The notes under the pieces were generated by a model, which did no database searches, was not told where the DNA came from, and saw only the letters and a list, made by a program, of their open reading frames with translations. This document shows, piece after piece, positions 1-10,302 of a DNA stretch of 25,193 nucleotides. Position numbers and translations under genes: made by a program. This DNA comes from Chiloscyllium plagiosum (lineage: Eukaryota), in contig NC_057758.1 in assembly GCF_004010195.1 (NCBI RefSeq), forward strand, positions 719,396 to 744,588, in the 5' to 3' direction. Every line of letters starts with the position of its first letter. Position 1 is the stretch's first letter.

Positions 1-1865
1 GCTGAAATCCATATACACCACATCACCCCTTTTACTCTCATCTACCTGTTTGGTCACCTTACAAAGAACTCAATAAGGTTCGTGAGGCACTACCTACCCT
101 TCACAAAACCGTGCTGACTATCCCTAATCAATTTATTCTTTGCTAGATGATTATAAATCCTATCTCTTATAATCTTTTCCAACACTTTATCAACAACTAA
201 AGTAAGGCTCACTGGCCTATAATTACCAAGGTTGTCTCTACTCCCCTTCCTGAACAGGGGAACCACATTTGCTATCCTCCAGTCTTCTGGCACTATTCCT
301 GTAGACAATGACGATTTAAAGATCAATGCCAAAGACTCGGCAATCTCCTCCCTGGCTTCCCAGAGGATCCTCGGATAAATCCCATCCGGCCCAGGGGACT
401 TACGGACTATCACACTCTGCAGAATTTCTAATACCTCCTCCTTGTGAACCTCAATCCCAACTAGTCGAATAGCCTGTATCTCAGTAATCTCCTCGACAAC
501 ATTGTCATTTTCCAGAAAATGTTGAAAATATTGTTGAAAAACATTCATTTAGTGCTTCCCCTATCCACTCTGACTCCACACACAACTTTCCACGAATATC
601 CTTGATTGGCCCTAATCTTACTTTCGTCATTCATTTATTCCTTAAATACCTACAGAAAGCCTTAGGGTGTATCCTGATTCTATCCGCCAACAACTTCTCA
701 TATCTTCTCCTGGCTCTTCTGAGCTCTCCCTTTAGGTCTTTCCTGACTACCTTGTAACCCTCAAGCGCCCTAACTGAGCCTACACATCTCATCCTAAAAA
801 AAAAACATTCTTCTTCTCTTGACCAGAGATTCCATTTCATTTGTAAACTATGGCTCCCGCACTCTACAGCTACCTCCCTGCCTGACAGGTACATACCTAT
901 CTAGGACACACGGTAGCTTTTCCTTGAATAAACTCCACATTTCTTATGTGCCTATCCCCTTCAGTTTCCTTCTCCCTTCTATGCTTCCTAAATCGTGGCT
1001 AATCACATTGTAATTGCCTTTCCCCCAGCTGTAACTCTTGCCTAGTGGTATACACCTATCCCTTGATATCACTAAAGTAAACATAACAGCATTGTGATCG
1101 CTATCACCAAAATGCTCACCTGCTTCCAAGTTTAACACCTCTCAAGAGAAGAGTAAGGGAACTCGGGAATCAGTATTCCCTCTGGTACCCAACGATTCTC
1201 CGNNNNNNNNNNNNNNNNNNNNNNNNNAACATAACAGAATTGTGATCGCTATCACCAAAGTGCTCACCTCCTTCCAAGTCTAACACCTGACCAGGCTCAT
1301 TACCCAGTATCAAATCTAATGTGGTTTCGCCCCTTGTTGGCCTGTCTACATACTTTGTCATGAAGCCCTCCTGCACACACTGGACAAAAACTGACCCATC
1401 TATAGGACTCGTACTATCGTGTTCCCAGTTAACATTTGGAAAGTTGAAGTCCCCCATGACAACGACCTTGTCTCTCTCACTCCTATCGAGAATCATCTTT
1501 GCTATCCTTTCCTCTACATCTCTGGAACTATTCAGAGGCCTATTGAAAACTCCCAGCAGGGTGACCTCTCCTTTCCTGTTTCTAACTTCCGCCAATACTG
1601 CCTCAGTGACGAGTCCCCAAACATTCTTTCTGCAACTGTAATATTGTCCTTGACCAACAATGCCACACCTCCTCCTCTTTTACCTTCTTCTGTGTTCTTA
1701 CTGAAACATCCAAATCCTGGAACCTGCAACAGCTATTCCTGACCCTGCTCTAACCATGTCTCGAAATGGCCACAACATCGAAGTCCCAGGTACCAACCCA
1801 TGCTGCAAGTTCACACACCTTATTCCGGATGCTCCTGGCGTTGAAGTAGACAAACTTCAAACGAA
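1..1865 (-). pseudogene. CR1 ORF2 (APE endonuclease + start of reverse transcriptase), frameshifted
   Basis: YFNARSIRNK, GGGVALLVK, VMGDFNFP, LDLILGN, GDSDHN and RT motifs in ORF 90..548. Confidence 0.9.
1203..1227. other. Assembly gap (25 N)
   Basis: Run of N bases. Confidence 1.
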
Positions 1866-1977
1866 CTTCTTGCTTGCTGTTGCCATCTTGCGTCCCTGAA
1901 ACTTGATGTTGGACCTCCCTACTCTCAACCTTTTCTATAATTAAACTACAATTTTGGTTCCCAACTCCTTGCTGGAT

Positions 1978-2910
1978 TAGTTTAAACCCACCCCAATAGC
2001 CTTCGCGAATCCCCCCGCCCCCCAGATATTGGTACCCCTCTGGTTCAGATGAAGACCATCCTGCTTGTAGAGATCCACCTACCCTAGAAAGATCCCCAAT
2101 TATCCACGAATCCAAAATCCTCCCTCCTGCACCATCCCTGTAGCCACGTGTTTAAATCCTCTCTCTCTCCATATTCCTTGCCTCACTAGAACGTAGCACG
2201 GGCAACAAACCAGAGGCAACAACTCTGTTCGTCCTAGCTCTAAGCTTCCATCCCCGCTCTCTGAATTTCTGCCTTAAATCCCCATCTTTCTCCCTACCCA
2301 TGTCGTAGGTGCCTATGTGGACTCCGTGTTGGGCCTGCTCCCACTCCCACTTAAGGATCCCAAAAACACGATCAGTGACATCACGAACCCTGGCACCTTG
2401 GAGACAACACACCAACCGTGAGTTTCTCTCGTCTCCACAGAACCTCCTATCTGACCCCTAACTATGGAGTCTCCAATTACTACTGCTCTGCTTCTCTTTC
2501 CCTTTCCCTTCTGAGCAGCAGGAACAGATTCTGTGCCAGAGACCTGTACACCACTGCTTTCCCCTGGTACGTTCCCCCCCCCAACAGTATCCAAAATGGT
2601 ATATTTATTGTTGAGGGGAATGGCCACAGGGGATCCGGGCACTGCCGACCGGTTCCCTTTCCATCCCTTGACTGTAACCCTTTTTCTTGTACCTTAGGAG
2701 TGATTACCTCACTGTAACTCCTCTCAATAAACCACTCTGCCTCCCGAATGATCCGAAGTTCATCCAGCTCCAGCTCCAGTTCCCTAACGCGGATTTTGAG
2801 GTGTTGGAGTTGGCTGCACTTCCTGCAGATGTAGTCAGCAGGGACACTAGTGGTGACCCTTACCTCCCACATTCTGCAGGAGGAAAATTCAACTGTCCTA
2901 ACCTCCGTTC
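1978..2910 (-). pseudogene. CR1 ORF1 (Zn finger-leucine zipper + SGNH/GDSL esterase), frameshifted
   Basis: YICRKC..LKIRVRELELELDEL, VIGDSIVRG (block I), CLQGARVRDV, VHIGTYD and YKQDGLHLN (~2043-2069), spread over several frames. Confidence 0.85.
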
Positions 2911-3973
2911 ACAGCATTCTAAATTCCCAAAGAGGCTGTTGAAAAAAATAAGGAATAAAAAAAATCGTTACCTTACCATTCTGGCGCAGAGGTCCTTTTT
3001 TTTTGGTTAGAGGAGGAGACACTACCCGAGTAGGGTTTCGTGTAATGCGACCACACAAATATATGACTTTCCAGAAGTCCTTCACTCCTCCCTCGCACCT
3101 CTCGACAAATGGAGGCCCGACTCGCAAGGTAAGTCCCTTTTAGTGCGTGAAAACTCACCCTTCCAGACACCCCAGCTTCACCACTCCTTCTCTCCTCGCC
3201 ACTCTGGCAAATTTTCGATTGCAAATCTACTTCAAACACTATATGGCACGACTGAGTAAAATTTCAGTTCAACTCTGCATAGTATGTTCCAGATGACCAA
3301 CCTGGAAAGCAAATTTCATGATTTTTCAATTCAGCCTTCTCCAATTTCCCTTTGGTGTATCTCCATCAGGTACTAAACTTCAACAAGTGCAATAATTTAT
3401 TGGTAAAAAGATCTCAGGTTTCCCCCCCTTCCCACCACTCCAGTGCTCTGGAACCAATAACTCCCCTTCGACCAGATGAACCCTACGTTGTTGCTAACAT
3501 TGGGAGCTGATCGCCTGAAAATTGCTTGTCTCGTCTCCCTTATTAAACCAGTGAAAGCAGTCATTAGTCATTACATGTCTGCCCAATACTGTGAGACGTC
3601 GTGCGATTCTGACAAGTGTTGTTGGTTATTTTCTTTAATTATGCACCTTTCCTGCTCTGTCCAGTTCCCAGCAGCTCGCCCTGCTTTACCTTCCTCCTCT
3701 CCTTTTTTGTCTCTATCTATCTGCTGGAAAATGGGACGAGAGTAATTAGATGTGGGTGTTGAGCAAATGAGCTGAAGAAGCCTATCAATCTCTTTGCATC
3801 TATTTGTGTTCCATGAAGTGGTTAATTTCACAATTTCAGATGAAATAAAAGCAGAATAGTTGTAATATTGAATATTTTCAGCATCTCGATGTTTGTGTGA
3901 GTGTATCCCTCATACCAAATATGCAAATCTCCGCATCTACATGCTTATCTAATTAGCATCCCTATCCAAACCT

Positions 3974-3974
<1 letters not shown>

Positions 3975-4043
<69 letters not shown>

Positions 4044-4046
4044 ATA
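3975..4046. repeat. Compound microsatellite C-run/(CT)n/(CA)n
   Basis: (CT)n at ~3983-4028 followed by (CA)n at 4029-4042. Confidence 0.97.
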
Positions 4047-4142
4047 CATCCAGCAAATGCAGGGAAATGTCAGAGTAATTGAAATATGTGTTCCTCTTTA
4101 GAACACTGTTAATAAGCAAAAAATCGACAATGTTATAGGAGC

Positions 4143-4240
4143 GGGGGCACCTAATGAAGGGCTTTTGCTCAAAACGTCGATTTTCTGCTCCTCAGATACT
4201 GCCTGAACTGCTGTGATTTTCCAGCACCACTCTAATCTAG
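4143..4240 (+). mobile_element. Short Penelope-like (pLTR-derived) insertion with mutated hammerhead core
   Basis: CTAATGA-AGGGC-TTTT-GCTC-AAAAC-GTC is a decayed CUGAUGA..GAAAC-GUC. Flanked by a 14-bp direct repeat, AATGTTATAGGAGC (4129-4142) and AATGTTATATGAGC (4241-4254). Confidence 0.75.
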
Positions 4241-4577
4241 AATGTTATATGAGCATTCAAGATACATCGAACATTCATGGTCATTCATTCACTTTCTTTA
4301 ACTCAATCTAATTTCGCCCATTCTTAGAAGTTGGAGTATTTTATTTTATTGCAACATTTAGGTGTAGGTCCAAGAACACTTCAAAACTCGACATCAACCA
4401 AGGCAAACAAGTCGCTTTATTGGCCCCACATTGACAAGTATCACGCCCTACACCACAGTGTGCACCATCTCCAAGATACAACACAGAAATTCATGAATGA
4501 TCCTTACACAGTACCTTCCAAGATGAAAATGTGTTGCTGGAAAAGCACAGCAGGTCAGCAAGCATCCAAGGAGCAGG

Positions 4578-4618
4578 ACAATCGACGTTTCGGGCATGAG
4601 TCCTTCTTCAGGAATTCC
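4578..4618 (-). ncRNA. Minimal type I hammerhead ribozyme motif (core intact, one stem II mismatch)
   Basis: Minus strand reads GGAATTC-CTGAAGA-A-GGAC-TCAT-GCCC-GAAA-CG-TC-GATT. Confidence 0.6.
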
Positions 4619-4651
4619 TGAAGAAGGGCTCACGCCCGAAGCGTCGATTCC
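4611..4651 (+). ncRNA. Minimal type I hammerhead ribozyme motif (GAAA mutated to GAAG)
   Basis: GGAATTC-CTGAAGA-A-GGGC-TCAC-GCCC-GAAG-CG-TC-GATTCC. Stem II is intact and stem I is GGAAU(U)C/GAUUCC. Predicted cleavage after GUC at 4643-4645. Confidence 0.6.
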
Positions 4652-5140
4652 CCTGCTCCTTGGATGTTGCCTAACCTGCTGCACTTTTCCAGCAACACAT
4701 TTTCAGCTCTGATCTCCAGCATCTGCAGTCCTCACTTTCTCCACAGTACCTTCCAAACCAATGACCAACTGCATGTCGAAGGACAGCGAAGTGGTGAAAT
4801 AGGAACACCACCACATGAAAGATCCTCTCCAAAGCACTCACAATCATAAATGGGAAATATATCGCTGTTCGTTCAGTGCTGTTGGCTGAAAATCCTGGAA
4901 AACCATCCAGAATGTCATCCTGCAGTTCGTGAACTGCAGCTCACGACCACTCTCTCAAGTGCCAGAAGAAATGCTGACTAGCGAACGGCACCCATCTCCA
5001 CGAATGAATTCTTTTTAAAAATGAACAGCATCTGTCCATACCATTTTTCTGCAATCTGGCTGACTGTTGGAGTCATTGGAATGTGGAGGGAATACATTTT
5101 ATTCATAAAACAATGAGGCAGAAGAGCTGATTTCGACCCA

Positions 5141-5645
5141 GAGTCATAAGAAATAGAAACGACAGTACATGAATTGTCCCTTCGAAATACTCCATCCTTC
5201 AATAGATTATGACTGATCAGAGTCTCCTCAACCACACATTCCTGTGTTTTCTCTCTCATCCTTGATTCTCCTTTTCATCGGCGGCACGGTGGCACAGTGG
5301 TTAGCACTGCTGCCTCACAGCGCCAGAGACCCGGGTTCAATTCCCGCCTCAGGCGACTGACTGTGTGGAGTTTGCACGTTCTCCCCGTGTCTGCGTGGGT
5401 TTCCTCCGGGTGCTCCGGTTTCCTCCCACATCACAAAGATGTGCAGGGTCAGGTGAATTGGCCACACTAAATTGCCCGTAGCGCTAGGTAAGGGGTAAAT
5501 GGGTGGGTTTCGCTTCGGCGGGTCAGTGTGGACTTGTTGGGCCGAAGGGCCTGTTTCCACACTGTAATCTAATCTAATCTAATCTAATCACTAATCTCTA
5601 TTTCTCAGCCTTAACAGACAAGGACTCTTGCCCCACAGCCCATGC
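5141..5645 (-). mobile_element. Old CR1 LINE 3' terminal fragment, split by a SINE
   Basis: CATAAGAAATAG..GACTGATC..CCTTGATTC|..TCTCAGCCTT..CCACAGCC resembles a reverse-complemented shark CR1 3' UTR and the similar fragment at 7935-8450. Confidence 0.55.
5280..5589 (+). mobile_element. HE1-type tRNA-derived V-SINE, well conserved
   Basis: Pol III A box TGGCACAGTGG (5290-5300), B box GGTTCAATTCC (5334-5344), V-domain GTGTGGAGTTTGCACGTTCTCCCCGTGTCTGCGTGGGTTTCCTCCGG, LINE-like 3' end GGGCCGAAGGGCCTGTTTCC and (TAATC)n tail. Confidence 0.93.
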
Positions 5646-6300
5646 CGCGTGAACTTCAACGCTTATAACTGTGGTGTTTTGTTGAAATAAATCAACAAAA
5701 TAATTCCAAATAGTCAATGCCTTATACAATAGACATATCATGTGTAATTGAAGGAAAAGCTGTTGTGTTCATCTAAATAAACAGAAATTACCAAAATTAA
5801 AATGCAAAGCAAAGTGGAATTTTTAATAAAACATTAATATTCACCTGCTCAGTGGAACTTAATAGAAATTGCTACAGGAAACCATTTGAAGTACATTGAG
5901 AAGAATCAAGTCTCAACTATTGGTATTGTCAACAGTTTCAAGCCTCGGCTAAAATAACAAAGTACTGCTTTAAGGCTGCAAGCTCAGGAAACTCCATGTG
6001 AAAAGACCACTGAAGAAATGACAAAGCAATAAATAATGGTTACAATCACGCACCACAGAATGCAAATGTGGGTCGAAGTTGCAGTGTCTTTGAGAATGTA
6101 AGAAACTGCGTGGAAGCAGGCAAGATGTTCGTGAAATGAAAACAGGTTGGAGTTCAATTGCTTGAAGATACGTCAGTCAAAGAATTGAAGAACATTGTGT
6201 CGTGCAGAAGATTTGCCATGATGTCATAGGATCAATTCTGAACTGAATGCACTGTGCAGTTCTTGAAGTGCATTTCCCACCGCAGATCAATTCTGTGCTT

Positions 6301-7197
6301 TTATTTAAACAATGTAACAATGAGGTTAAAAGGATATTTTATCCCGTTCATTAACTCCTCTCGGAATTTAGTCTGTGTTAGTGCATAAATGCAGGTATTG
6401 GTACATGAGCTTAAAAGACGGAGCATGAATCCAACTTGCTGTGCAACATATACTGGATCACTAATGGTTTTGTCTGAATAATTATAATTGATGATTTGCC
6501 AGTTTAACGAATGTACAAACGTACGTCATCCACAAACGTATAAAATTAGCAAACAAGGCAAAAAGCAAAATAATGGATTTCCTTCGATTCTCCATCTCTG
6601 GATCAAAACTACTCCCATGACATTGGAATCCCCTTCGGCATTGATTAGCTCTTATAATATTCTTGATGGTGAGACCATTGAACACCAAAATCAAGAAAAT
6701 AGGAAGTAACGGTGTTAGAATACTGTCGATCCACTCACATGTTGCCCAGAAAGGTGAGGTATAATAGTCTGGTCTTTGAATGCAAAACCATGGGAAATTG
6801 TCAATGATAATTGACGGAACAAATGGAAAGTACCAGACAGTAGACCTTAAACAGCTGATAACTGCCGCAATTGCTATCACCATAGTTGCAGTTTTCTCAG
6901 TACAATATTTTAATTTAAACTTCTGGGAACAAATGGCTACAAATCGATCAAATGTGAAAGCTACTGTGAACCAAACAGAGCAGTCGAGAGCTGCAAGCAA
7001 CAAGACAGCTCTCATAGCACACACCGGAGTGATGAACAAAAAGGTGAGCGGGAAATAAATGTTATTAATTCGATTCATTATGATATTAATGATGACTAGT
7101 AGTAAATCTGCTACTGACATCGCCATCAGGTAACGGGTAATGCATTTGGAGAGACCACAGTTTCCTCGATAGAAGATCACAAGCGCCAGTAAATTAA
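6301..7197 (-). CDS. GPCR coding exon 2 (TM1-TM7), frameshifted near 6518
   Basis: Acceptor CCTTTCTTTCAG|TT. DRF motif in TM3. TM7 NTCIY and helix 8 KFREEL are in the shifted frame. TAA at 6301-6303. Confidence 0.85.
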
Positions 7198-7934
7198 CTG
7201 AAAGAAAGGCAACAAAATGGACAAGCTTTAGCTGTCAACACTACATGAATGTATCTTTAGCCTTATCAAATTTAGGGTGGCAGTTGTGGACCAATTATTA
7301 AATGCTTTCAGTTCAATGTGAAGATGAATAATATTACAATATTCGCCAGTAGGAATTTATTGTATGACCAAATGAACAAATCAAACTGAATCAAAGTAAA
7401 TCACAATAGAAATCTGAACAATTAGAGGATGTAATAAGTCCTGTCAATAAAATGCAGCGATTTGAATCGTACAGCAATCATAATTCATTGAATATTTCAT
7501 AAATACAGTTTGATATTTTAAATCTTACATTGTCAATTTGTGAAGGATAACATAATTCACTCCAGTTTCTAATACGAGAGCTAAAATTACAAAGGCATAT
7601 TTTTCTGTATCCAGCTAGGGCATATAAATGCTTATATTTTCCTACTGGCTGAACTTTCTGAAAACATTCAAAACCATAAACATGTCAATTCGGCATAACT
7701 GAGAGTCACGAATCTGTCAATGTGTGTTGTTAGTATTTTCTCTGTTGCTTCCAGTACTGGGATATCTTCGAATATAAAAGTGATGATCTCACCTCAGGAG
7801 AATCAACAAACAATTAACAATAAAAAAGGAGTCAAGGATTGCAAATAAACATTAGATAAAACTACAAAGTCAATCATGAATCATATTTAGCGGTCACATC
7901 AATAAAATTAACAAATATATTTTTCAAAATTTTA

Positions 7935-8450
7935 GATCATAAAACATGGAAGCATCAATAGGCTTTTTGTCCATCAATGGATGGCTGATCCGATCGCCCT
8001 CCATTCCACTTGACTGCCTTTTCATGATAACACTGATATAAAATCTGAGCCTTGAATATATTAATGTCCCACCTTCAACAGTCATCTGAGAGAGCAAACT
8101 CGCCCTTACCTCTGTCTGAACTGTGAGAGCTCTGATTTTGAGATCATGCCTTCTGGTCGTCGACTCACCCACAAGGAGAAAAACTTAGTCTCCAATTCAA
8201 ATATTCTCGAAATCTTTAAAGTTTTGTTCAGGTCTGATTTCATACTTCTCAATCTCAACCAAATACAGGACGAACATACACAGCGTTTCCTCAAAATATA
8301 GCTCCTTCCTAACTCGTACCAGCCCATTTAACATTGACCGAACTCTCTGAGATGTTAATCTATCTTTCCTCACATAAAAGATCTTCAATACAATATTCCA
8401 AGGAATTCTGACAACGGACTGGCATATTTTTTTAACAAAGTTTTCTTGCT
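7935..8450 (-). mobile_element. Highly decayed CR1 LINE 3' fragment in the GPCR intron
   Basis: Minus translation GESTTRRHDLKIR..TEVR matches the CR1 ORF2 C-terminus (compare GELRTRGHQFNIR at 10375-10659). Confidence 0.7.
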
Positions 8451-8574
8451 TTGGAAAAAGTCACGTTATATATAAGGAAACATAACTGATGTTAGAAATA
8501 AGGACACTTTGGAATTGACAAGAGCAGCAACAGCAATTAAATGCTGAGGCTAATTATTAGATTTAAAACCTTAC

Positions 8575-8641
8575 CTATGACGCCAATAGCTGCGAGAAAT
8601 GGATAGTAAATACGTTCAATCTGAAATATTAAAGGGTACAT
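8575..8641 (-). CDS. GPCR coding exon 1 (short N-terminus + start of TM1)
   Basis: ATG at 8639-8641, 67 nt long, ending at the consensus donor ATAG|GTAAG. Confidence 0.82.
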
Positions 8642-8721
8642 AATCTTCTTCAAAAGGAAGCTTTTGATGTAGAAGTCGTGATGCAGGCTGCTTCAAAGTC
8701 AATATGAATCCAAACTCCTGT

Positions 8722-8729
8722 TATTTATA
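8722..8729 (-). promoter_or_regulatory. TATA box of the GPCR gene
   Basis: TATAAATA on the minus strand, ~80 nt upstream of the exon 1 ATG. Confidence 0.6.
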
Positions 8730-8942
8730 CTAAAGTGGAAGCTCTGTTGAAACAAATGATATTACAGCACTCCAAATAACACTAATGACACTTCCCTGAA
8801 TAAGCCACCAGGGCATTCTCTTATTTCAAAATCGTTCAGTCAAATCCATTTGCAAGAACTATTGCAGCATTAGACAAAAATTGAAGTGTCTTTGGAAGAA
8901 ATAGAGAAAATTAAAACGAGGTTTGAAATGTATTTAAATTTA

Positions 8943-9291
8943 GCGTGACTTGGTGGCTCAATGGTTAGCACTGCTGCCTTACAGTTCCATGGATTTGGGT
9001 TTAATCCCAGTATTGGGTGACTGTCTATGTGGAGTTTGTACATTCACCATGTGTCTGCGTGAGTTCCTTCTGAGCGCCCCAGTTCACTCCCACAAGCCAA
9101 AGTTGCGTGGGCTGCGAGAATTGGTTGTGCTACTTTGCCTATAGCGTTCAGGGATGTGTAGGTCAGCTGCATTAATCAGGTGTAAATGAGGAGTAATAGA
9201 GTAGGGAATTGGTCTGAATGGATTGCTCTTTGCAGGATCAATCTGACCTGTTGGACCAAATGGACTTTTTCTGCAGTGTCGGAAGGCCATG
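8943..9291 (+). mobile_element. Old, diverged HE1-type V-SINE
   Basis: TGGTGGCTCAATGGTTAGCACTGCTGCCT..GTGGAGTTTGTACATTC..GTGTCTGCGTG aligns with the SINE at 5280. Confidence 0.85.
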
Positions 9292-10040
9292 GTTACGTGT
9301 TTTGATGATCAATGATACTACTTAGCCACAACTGACAACCACGTGGATGTCTTACGTCTACATGAAATGTTAATCTGCAGTAAGTTTGCTTTTAATCGAC
9401 ATTTCATACTTCCCTTTAAAGTATTGTTTTGAGAGATGCCCAAATATTCTTTGAAATTCATTATCTCATAAACTAAATCCAAGAAGCTCCATTTGCAGAT
9501 GTGTTGGGAGGGCAAAATTCCAGGAAAATAACATGTGATACAGGATCATACAGGATTATTCCAATATTGTACGCTTCATAAGAAAAAAGGTTAAAATTGA
9601 ATTTTGATATCAGAAAAGTCATTTTCGATTCTCAAATGTGACAACAGTGGCCAATATAATATCACAACATATTAAACATTTAAACTCTCCAGCAAGCATG
9701 AACAATCACCGCAGCAATATAGTAATGCGGGGCATGCTGCAAACTTCTTTGACATCACTTGTGAAACTCACTACATCACCAGCGACAGGTATAAGAGTAG
9801 TTCACGCCAGCACTGGAATTTTCATTGAGTCTCAAATTGCTCTCAATCTGGGCAATACTTCCTGTAGAACATGAGGACTTTTGCATTATTAAGCTCAGCG
9901 GTTCATCAATCATGCTGTTATATGACCAAAGATAATCAACTCCAAAAAAATCGAAGCAAATTGACTTTTTTAAAATCAAGGGATATAAATACACTACCCA
10001 TTTGTCGAGTGCTAACCATACTTAAGACGCAGATATAAAA

Positions 10041-10300
10041 GAAAACAAAGCATTTGAGATGCTGGAGATCTAAAAACAACATTGAAAAGCGATAAATTGC
10101 TGCAACAATTCGGGTGGTGACGAAACATTAGTATAGAGAGAAACTGATGTAATGTCTCAAGTTTGCTGACCCTTCTTTAGAAATTCAAACAGTTCAGTAC
10201 GGGTGGTATTTATGCCACTGATGGCGATTTGGGTGGGATGGGTGGAACTGAGAGGTTTAGATGGAGGTGAAGCCCAGACTGAGAGTTAGAGGCAGAGAGA
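10041..10300 (-). mobile_element. Decayed Penelope-like pLTR remnant (may continue at ~11690-11860)
   Basis: GATGCTGGAGATC is the reverse complement of GATCTCCAGCATC in the 4522 element. GACCCTTCTTTAG is a decayed reverse-strand hammerhead core. Confidence 0.5.
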
Positions 10301-10302
10301 AT

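Larger units (their letters stand above)
1..3240 (-). mobile_element. CR1-clade LINE (HER1-like), 5' UTR + ORF1 + N-terminal part of ORF2, degenerate, runs off window start
   Basis: Minus-strand ORF fragments in order: Zn-finger/leucine zipper and SGNH esterase (ORF1), APE endonuclease, then RT N-terminus (KSPGPDGIYPRIL, NYRPVSLT, DSQHGFVKGR). The 5' boundary is approximate. Confidence 0.92.
4522..4741. mobile_element. Palindromic Penelope-like pLTR-derived element with two divergent hammerhead motifs
   Basis: Inverted arms 4524-4614 and 4615-4705 (91 bp, no indels, 11 mismatches by hand count) centred on GGAA|TTCC. Perfect 15-bp TSD CACAGTACCTTCCAA at 4507-4521 and 4742-4756. Confidence 0.85.
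4331..5020 (+). mobile_element. Old CR1/L2-type LINE 3' end (RT C-terminus + 3' UTR), interrupted by the 4522-4741 insertion
   Basis: Decayed MEY..PRTLQ..ALHH.VCTISK-type C-terminal RT remnant, GGAAATATATCGC..AAATCCTGGAA segment and GAATGAAT tail, recognised from memory of shark repeats. Confidence 0.6.
6301..8641 (-). pseudogene. Two-exon orphan class A GPCR, GPR139/GPR142-like (320 aa if repaired), with one +1 frameshift in TM6
   Basis: Exon 1 MYPLIFQIERIYYPFLAAIGVI joins in phase 1 to exon 2 VNLLALVIF..YLMAMSVADLL..DCSVWFTVAFTFDRFVAIC..TPLLP..SSCTNTCIY..KFREEL..LFK*. An extra A at 6517-6519 breaks the frame. Confidence 0.85.

Noticed and set aside
819..3010. Plus-strand ORFs over the LINE (also 15842-17664)
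   Set aside because: These are antisense shadows of LINE coding sequence with no independent motifs.
4920..4939. Small hairpin CTGCAGTTC-GT-GAACTGCAG as a terminator
   Set aside because: Eukaryotic DNA, no U-tract, and it lies in a decayed LINE 3' end.
5280..5350. tRNA gene
   Set aside because: The A/B boxes belong to the tRNA-derived head of a SINE, followed by a V-domain and LINE tail.
6482..7180. Stand-alone 232-aa ORF as a complete gene
   Set aside because: It starts at an internal GTG and ends because of a frameshift. The real structure has an upstream exon and a downstream TM7.
9300..10040. Short ORFs 9638..9874 and 9776..9994 as host exons
   Set aside because: No recognisable domain or convincing splice structure; left unannotated.
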